A DNA stretch of 56,717 nt. Origin: Acidobacteriota bacterium (GTDB lineage: Bacteria; Acidobacteriota; Vicinamibacteria; Vicinamibacterales; UBA2999). Under the pieces are notes generated by a model. It worked only from the letters and a program-made list of their open reading frames with translations, ran no database searches and was not told the origin of the DNA. The DNA lies in the NCBI GenBank assembly GCA_022842985.1, contig JALHON010000001.1, positions 1 to 56,717 of the forward strand. Reading direction: 5' to 3'. Position 1 is the stretch's first letter. Each line of letters opens with the position of its first letter. Positions 51,449 to 56,717 of this stretch are shown here, one piece after another. The translations under genes were made by a program, and so were the position numbers.

Positions 51449-53713
51449 TCAGAACCGGTACGTCTGGACGATCTTCATCACGGCGCGGCGGTCGATCGTG
51501 CCGAACCGGCGGTCGCTGTCGATCCAGTTGTGGGTGTAGACGACGAACACGTCGTTCCCGGGCTTGCGGATCCAGCGGAAGCGCATCTGCCAGCCGAGCG
51601 ACTGGCTCTGCGTGTCGTACTGGACGTTGTTCGAGAGTGCGATCCACGGGCTGAACTGCGTCCGCGCATCGAGCCGATAGAGCTGCGTCGTGAAGGCGCC
51701 TTCGGCGAGCGCGACGTCGTTGTATTCGCTCGACGCCTGGATGTAGACGCCGGGACGCGGCCGCAGCCGCAGATCGAAGTTGAACTCGCGCCGCGTGCCG
51801 TTGTAGAAGTCGCCGAACGAGTATTCCGCGCGCCCCGACACCCACCGGTTCTGCGCCGAGTCGAAGACGATCTGCTGGCGGCTCCATTCATACCGGCTGC
51901 CGATGGGCAGGACGAGGCCGGGATTGATCTCGAAGTTCACCTCGAGCTGCTCCGTGGTCTGGAACCACTGGAGCTGCAGCCGATCGCCGGCCTCGAACAG
52001 GAGCTCGAGCGGCGTCAGAAAGAACTGCCGCGTGATCAGGCGGTTGTCGGGAAACGTGACGACTTCGACGTTGCCGCCCGTCTGGATCTCCCGCAGGATG
52101 CCCTTGTTGATGCGGGGCGCGTACTCGAAGTTCGAGTTCCAGCGCTTGAAGTTCCGCCGCGGCGTGAAGCCGACGGCGGCGTCGTAGGCGGGATCGAACT
52201 GCCGGAAGAACAGGTTGGCCGAGATCGGCTCGTTGTTGTACGAGACGCGCCCGCCGAAGGCGTTCGTGCCGCCGTCCCGATTCTGCAGGCCCGTCGTGTG
52301 CAGGAACCAGGCGCCTGTCTCGAAGTTCTTGCCCGACCCGAACAGTGAGGGCGTCGCCAGCGTCACGTCGGAGCCGAGCGTGTGCTGGTCCACGATGTTC
52401 GACGACTCATCGACGCCGGCCCGCCGCGTGTAGAGGAGGCCGGCGAAGGACTGCCGGCCGAAGCGCCGGCGCAGCCGCGCCACGGAGTAGTCTTCGGACG
52501 CCAGACGGGTCGTCGATCCGGGGGGCGCATCGTCCTCGCCCGTGCGGACGTGCAGCACGCCCACGTCCTGCTTTCCGATCTGGCCGGCAAGTCTGGCGCC
52601 GAACAGCACCTGCTGCGGCTGCCCCTGATTGAGGCCGATGCGGCGCGAGAAGAACGGCGAGGCATCACCGGGCGGAAACTCGAAGAAGCTGGAGCCCTCG
52701 AGGAAGAACTCGCGGCGCTCCGGAAAGAAGAGCGGGAAACGCGTGAGGTTGGTCCGCCGCTGATCGACCTCGGTCTCGGCGAAGTCGGTGTTGACGGTGA
52801 AGTTCGCCCGCAGCGCGGGCGTGATGTTGTAGAACATGTCGACGCCGGCGTTGCCGTCGGCCGTCGTCGCCGGCTGGCCGCGTCCAGGTGCATTGCCCAC
52901 GCCGGCCACGCCGTACGGCTTCACTTCCAGGCCGAGCCCTGTCGAGACCTCGCCGATGCCCGTGAGGCGTCCGGCATTCGACATACGCAGCAGGCCCTCG
53001 GTGCGTTGCCAGCCCGTCCACAGGCTCTCTTCGTTCTTGCGGCGCACGGTGCGCTGGAAATTCACGCCCCAGGTGTCGTTATCCGGGTTCAGGTTGAGCG
53101 TGCGGAACGGAATCTCGATCTCGGCCGTCCAGCCCTGGTCGTTGCGGCGGACGCGCGCGATCCAGATTCCATCCCACGACTTGTTCATCTGGCCGCCGAA
53201 GCCGCCGCCCCCGCCGCCGGGACCACCACCCCCGCCGCCGGGGCCCGTGACCAGCCCGTCACCCATGGCACCGGCCGGGTTGATCTCGAAGAAGTAGCCC
53301 GTGCGGCCGTCGAGGTAGGTGTCGAAGCCCCAGAGGAAGCGGTCGTCGCCGCTGAAGGGCTGATCGCGCTGCATCTGGTTGGCCAGCATGCGGTCGGGCT
53401 CGGAGTCGAAGCAGACCACGCCGAGGATGATGCGGCGGCTGTCGACGACGACGCGTACCTCGGTGCGCTCGGTCGCCGGCGCGCCGGGCCGGGGATCGCG
53501 TTGCCTGAAGTCGGTGGCGGGAACCGCCCGCGCCCAGGCAGCTTCGTCGAGGGCGCCGTCGATGACCATGGTGTCGCCTTCGCTGAGGCGCACGGCCTCG
53601 AGGCGCGGCGCCGCGGCGGCAGGAGCGGATGATGGTGGCTGTGCGCCAGCCACGAGGGGCGCGGAGATTGCCAGCGCTGCCACGAGCGCGCGGGCACCCA
53701 ATCGATGTCTCAC
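51449..53713 (-). CDS. DUF5916 / CBM9-like domain outer-membrane-type protein
   Basis: In the frame of ORF 51449..53812 from GTG 53713 (GGAG 7 nt upstream). Signal peptide. VIDGALDEAAWARAVPATDFRQRDP is typical of the CBM9-like N-domain. Long beta-rich C-terminal part ending in F. Confidence 0.75.
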   Translation of the reverse strand: MRHRLGARALVAALAISAPLVAGAQPPSSAPAAAAPRLEAVRLSEGDTMVIDGALDEAAWARAVPATDFRQRDPRPGAPATERTEVRVVVDSRRIILGVVCFDSEPDRMLANQMQRDQPFSGDDRFLWGFDTYLDGRTGYFFEINPAGAMGDGLVTGPGGGGGGPGGGGGGFGGQMNKSWDGIWIARVRRNDQGWTAEIEIPFRTLNLNPDNDTWGVNFQRTVRRKNEESLWTGWQRTEGLLRMSNAGRLTGIGEVSTGLGLEVKPYGVAGVGNAPGRGQPATTADGNAGVDMFYNITPALRANFTVNTDFAETEVDQRRTNLTRFPLFFPERREFFLEGSSFFEFPPGDASPFFSRRIGLNQGQPQQVLFGARLAGQIGKQDVGVLHVRTGEDDAPPGSTTRLASEDYSVARLRRRFGRQSFAGLLYTRRAGVDESSNIVDQHTLGSDVTLATPSLFGSGKNFETGAWFLHTTGLQNRDGGTNAFGGRVSYNNEPISANLFFRQFDPAYDAAVGFTPRRNFKRWNSNFEYAPRINKGILREIQTGGNVEVVTFPDNRLITRQFFLTPLELLFEAGDRLQLQWFQTTEQLEVNFEINPGLVLPIGSRYEWSRQQIVFDSAQNRWVSGRAEYSFGDFYNGTRREFNFDLRLRPRPGVYIQASSEYNDVALAEGAFTTQLYRLDARTQFSPWIALSNNVQYDTQSQSLGWQMRFRWIRKPGNDVFVVYTHNWIDSDRRFGTIDRRAVMKIVQTYRF

Positions 53714-53869
53714 GAACTCACTCCAGCGGCCACCAGATGCCGGCAACAGGCGCCCAAAACCGCGCCGGGGATGATACCGCGCCCGCCCGCCGCCCGGTGT
53801 CACACCCTGCAACGCACGGCCGCGCCGCCCTGAAGGCGGACGGGCTTCGTGCCGAAAAGCTGAGCAGCT

Positions 53870-54688
53870 ATGGCTACCACGATCGAAGTGTCACCCCGCG
53901 CCGGCCGGCGCCTGGGTGTCGTGCTCCTGCTCCTCCTCGTCGCCGCGACGGCCTCGTGCGGCTTCCGCACCATCGACACCGGGCATGTGGGTGTCACGAC
54001 GCTCTTCGGTAAGCTCACCGGCGAGCAACTGCCTGAGGGGCTGCACCTCGTGAATCCGCTCAAGCGCGTCGCGGAGATGTCCATCCGCACGCAGGAGATC
54101 AAGGAACACGCCGATGTGCCATCGAGCGAGGGCCTCATCATCGGCCTCGAGACGTCGCTGCTCTACCGGCTGGAGCCCGATCGCGCCGGCGAGGTGTTCC
54201 AGAAGATCGGCCCGCGCTACGCGGAGATCGTCGTCATCCCGAACCTGCGTTCGGTGATGCGCGCGGTGACGGCCGCGCACACCGCCAACGCGCTCTACAG
54301 CGAAGGCCGCGAGCAGGTGGCGCAGCAGATGCTCGCCCAGCTCAAGAAGATCCTCGAGGCGCGCGGCGTCGCCGTGGAGAACGTGCTGCTGCGCGACATC
54401 AAGCTGCCCGACACGCTGCGCACCGCGATCGAGGCCAAGCAGCAGGCCGATCAGCAGTCGCAGCAGATGCAGTTCGTGCTGCAGCGCGAGCGGCAGGAAG
54501 CGGACCGGAAGCGCATCGAGGCCCAGGGCGTGGCCGACTTCCAGCGCATCGTCTCGACCGGCATCAGCGATCAGCTGCTGCAGTGGAAGGGCATCGAGGC
54601 CACGGAGAAGCTCGTGAACAGCCCTAACAGCAAGGTCGTCGTCATCGGCAACCCGAAGAACGGCCTGCCGCTGATTCTCGGTCAGTAG
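53870..54688 (+). CDS. SPFH/Band 7 (prohibitin-like) family membrane protein
   Basis: ORF 53870..54688. N-terminal anchor, then the SPFH core (GHVGVTTLFGK...VENVLLRDIKLPDTLRTAIEAKQQA) and a coiled-coil tail. Confidence 0.85.
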   Translation: MATTIEVSPRAGRRLGVVLLLLLVAATASCGFRTIDTGHVGVTTLFGKLTGEQLPEGLHLVNPLKRVAEMSIRTQEIKEHADVPSSEGLIIGLETSLLYRLEPDRAGEVFQKIGPRYAEIVVIPNLRSVMRAVTAAHTANALYSEGREQVAQQMLAQLKKILEARGVAVENVLLRDIKLPDTLRTAIEAKQQADQQSQQMQFVLQRERQEADRKRIEAQGVADFQRIVSTGISDQLLQWKGIEATEKLVNSPNSKVVVIGNPKNGLPLILGQ

Positions 54689-54761
54689 GCATGACCCTGT
54701 CCCGTTTGGCGCGAATCTTGCGCAAGTGGCGTGCCATTCGGGACAGGGCGAATTGCAGGAT

Positions 54762-56246
54762 CTACCACGTGACGCGGACGCGGTAGCGTACCGTCGCCTC
54801 GGCGCCGGCGGCCACCGGCACCGAGAAGCGCGCGGCGAAGGCATCGGTCTTCGTCCAGCGGTGCGACGACGACAGGATCGTCCACGTGCCGCCGAGCGGT
54901 TCGTTCACTTCCACCATGATGGGCGTCTCCTTGCGGTTGCGGAGCGTGACCTCGTAGGCGAGTTCGTAGGTGGCGGCGCCGCGTTCCTGGAAGTCGGTCT
55001 GCCGGCGTTCGGCCACGACGTCGAACGCGGTGCCGATCTGCAGCGACAGCCGCTCGTCCTTCGGCGTGTGGTCGATGTGGTCCTCGCCCACGTACTGCAC
55101 CTGTCCGTTCGGGTCGGTCTGATAGATGCGGACGGTGCCGGCCGGCATCGGCATGCCGAGGCCAGAGGCGGCGTCGTTCCGGAAGTCGTAGAACACCTTC
55201 ACGCTGTCACGCAGCGGCGTGCCCGGCTGCTGCCGGTTGCGGTAGATCCACTGCTGCCCGTCCACGACGTAGCGGCGCGCCACCGGCACGCCCGTGCCGT
55301 GCAGCAGCGCGAGCTGCTTCGTTTCGGCATTCGCGATCGTGGTGCGCCGGCCGAGCGTGTAGAGGTGGTACTCCGAGAACGTCTGTTGAGTGATGGCCTC
55401 CTGCGCGTCGACGGCCATCGCGGCGCGGGCCGCGAAGTTCTGCCGGGCGGCGTCAGGTTCCACTTTGTGCAGATCGCCGGCCACGAGCTGCAGCTTCGCG
55501 CCCGTGAATGACGTGCCGGTGTTGTTCTTGAGCGTCACCCAGCCGTCCAGGTCGCTCGCGCGGCCCTGCTGATCGATCGTGAGCACGTAGTCGGCGTTCC
55601 ACGCGATGTTGTTGGCCAGATACGCGGCCTCCACGCGGTGGGCCGGCGCGCCGCCGTTGTCGAGCGTCCAGACGAGCGTGGGACGGCTGTAGAGCGTGTC
55701 CGGCAGATCGGGGAAGCGGTAGTGATCGGCGGCGATGCCGGTCACGATGTCGGTGCCGATCCGCCACACGGGTCCGTTGTTGAGCGCGAGCAGCGTCGCT
55801 TTCACTTCGGTGGTCTTGGCGGTGCCGTTCTCCATAGTGGTGCGCACGAGCGTCAGCTCGCGGCCCACGTACTTCTGCAGCAGCTTCTGCGGATCCAGCA
55901 GGTCGTACTCGTAGTTCTGCTCGAGCACGGGCAGGCGTCCGGGCTGTGTGAGCGAACGCAGGTGCACGGTGGCCGGATTCACGGTGGCGGCGATGTCTTC
56001 GAAGCGCAGGTGGAGCTCACCGGCCGGCAACGTCAGCGCGCGCACGTCGCGCACGAGCGCCAGGCCGCCGTTGTAGACGGTGAGCGCCACGTCTTCCTGC
56101 TGGCTGTGACCGCTCACCACGACGGGTCCGGCGGGGGCAGCGGCGACAGTAGGACGCGGGGCCTCGGCGCGCGGCGCGGCGATGCTGACGAGCGCGGCGG
56201 CAGACACGGCGAGCAGGATGGGCAGGGCGAAGGACTTGGTGGTCAC
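54762..56246 (-). CDS. DUF4139 domain protein (MuiA-like), secreted
   Basis: In the frame of ORF 54762..56657 from GTG 56246 (AAGGAG 6 nt upstream). Signal peptide. VALTVYNGGLALVRDVR...NYEYDLL...AYLANNIAWNADYV is typical of DUF4139. Confidence 0.75.
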   Translation of the reverse strand: MTTKSFALPILLAVSAAALVSIAAPRAEAPRPTVAAAPAGPVVVSGHSQQEDVALTVYNGGLALVRDVRALTLPAGELHLRFEDIAATVNPATVHLRSLTQPGRLPVLEQNYEYDLLDPQKLLQKYVGRELTLVRTTMENGTAKTTEVKATLLALNNGPVWRIGTDIVTGIAADHYRFPDLPDTLYSRPTLVWTLDNGGAPAHRVEAAYLANNIAWNADYVLTIDQQGRASDLDGWVTLKNNTGTSFTGAKLQLVAGDLHKVEPDAARQNFAARAAMAVDAQEAITQQTFSEYHLYTLGRRTTIANAETKQLALLHGTGVPVARRYVVDGQQWIYRNRQQPGTPLRDSVKVFYDFRNDAASGLGMPMPAGTVRIYQTDPNGQVQYVGEDHIDHTPKDERLSLQIGTAFDVVAERRQTDFQERGAATYELAYEVTLRNRKETPIMVEVNEPLGGTWTILSSSHRWTKTDAFAARFSVPVAAGAEATVRYRVRVTW

Positions 56247-56310
56247 GGGCGTCTCCTTGGGGACCAGGGGTCTGCAGTGAGAACGCGCGTCCGCGGATTT
56301 CTTGCATAAC

Positions 56311-56353
56311 GGGGTCAGACCCCATTCGGGGAAACCGCCGGGGGACTGTCCCC
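56311..56353. repeat. two 13-nt palindromic REP-like units, GGGGTC-A-GACCCC and GGGGAC-T-GTCCCC, 30 nt apart
   Basis: Read directly at 56311-56323 and 56341-56353, in the intergenic region between two minus-strand genes. Confidence 0.8.
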
Positions 56354-56398
56354 AATCTGGGCGGGGGGAGACTTGTGGCAGGAACTGCGCGCCGGGCG

Positions 56399-56717
56399 TT
56401 ACGGCGCCGGCACCCAGGTGCGGCCGCCGTTGGTGGTCGCGAACCGCGCGCCGGAGGCGGCGGTGACCACCGCGTGCATCGCGTCGGTGGCCGTGAGGGC
56501 GGTGAGCCGCTCGGCCGTCGGCACGGGCTCGCGGGTGAAGGTGGCGCCGTCGGTGGCGCGCAGCACCGCGTCGGCCGAGATGGCCCAGCAGACGCCGGGC
56601 GCCGGCGACGCGATGGCCAGCACCGTGACGCCCGCCGGCAGCTGCGCGCGTTGCCATGTCGCGCCCTGATCGAGCGACCGCTCGACCGCCCCCGCCCGCA
56701 GCCGGAACGACACCGCC
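56399..56717 (-). CDS. BNR/Asp-box repeat (Ycf48/sialidase-like beta-propeller) protein, C-terminal fragment; 5' end lies outside the window
   Basis: ORF 56399..56713 is open to the window edge. Asp-box-like repeats SLDQGATW and TTNGGRTW. Confidence 0.6.
   Translation of the reverse strand, partial: AVSFRLRAGAVERSLDQGATWQRAQLPAGVTVLAIASPAPGVCWAISADAVLRATDGATFTREPVPTAERLTALTATDAMHAVVTAASGARFATTNGGRTWVPAP

Overview
Very GC-rich bacterial chromosomal segment (by eye about 70% G+C, not computed). Stop codons are rare, so the six-frame track is dominated by long shadow ORFs. I chose genes by recognisable motifs, amino-acid composition, third-position GC, Shine-Dalgarno spacing and stop/start overlaps. 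The gene content includes CarboxypepD_reg-type TonB-dependent receptors, DUF4139, DUF5916, Uma2 and many secreted hydrolases. This suggests a soil Acidobacteriota- or Gemmatimonadota-like genome (inference only). I call about 48 protein genes. From left to right they are: a CHAT / zinc anti-sigma / S8 protease / ECF sigma cluster; an aa3-type oxidase operon in the unusual order I-III-small-II; an M61 peptidase; a cytochrome c; a tightly coupled operon of TMEM175-like channel, a small protein ending in Cys-Cys-stop, a Get3/ArsA-like ATPase, DinB and a DUF6311-like membrane protein; prfC; an AAA_21-like ATPase followed by a zinc-ribbon HExxH membrane protein; a doubly frameshifted secreted-protein gene; a penicillin-acylase-family amidase; an ArgH-family lyase, SSS transporter and formamidase; a Uma2 endonuclease module flanked by 23-bp direct repeats; a GGDEF-EAL protein; a probable phosphate-scavenging locus (two to three TonB-dependent receptors, an S1/P1-nuclease-like/DUF218 fusion, a beta-propeller phosphoesterase and PhoX); and several envelope proteins. 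I saw no rRNA, tRNA, CRISPR array, transposase or integrase. The most interesting non-standard signals are: (1) the operon around the Cys-Cys-terminated small protein and Get3-like ATPase; (2) a roughly 380-nt non-coding minus-strand unit bounded by a TTGACA-N17-TAGGGT promoter and a canonical intrinsic terminator; (3) the 23-bp duplication that recreates the last codons of the formamidase gene at the end of the Uma2 gene; (4) tandem C-rich heptamer repeats (G-quadruplex-capable on the opposite strand) just upstream of three plus-strand genes; (5) three frame disruptions at short homopolymers, one at a 9-nt G/C run; and (6) AT-rich -10-like hexamers 6-9 nt before several start codons, suggesting leaderless mRNAs.
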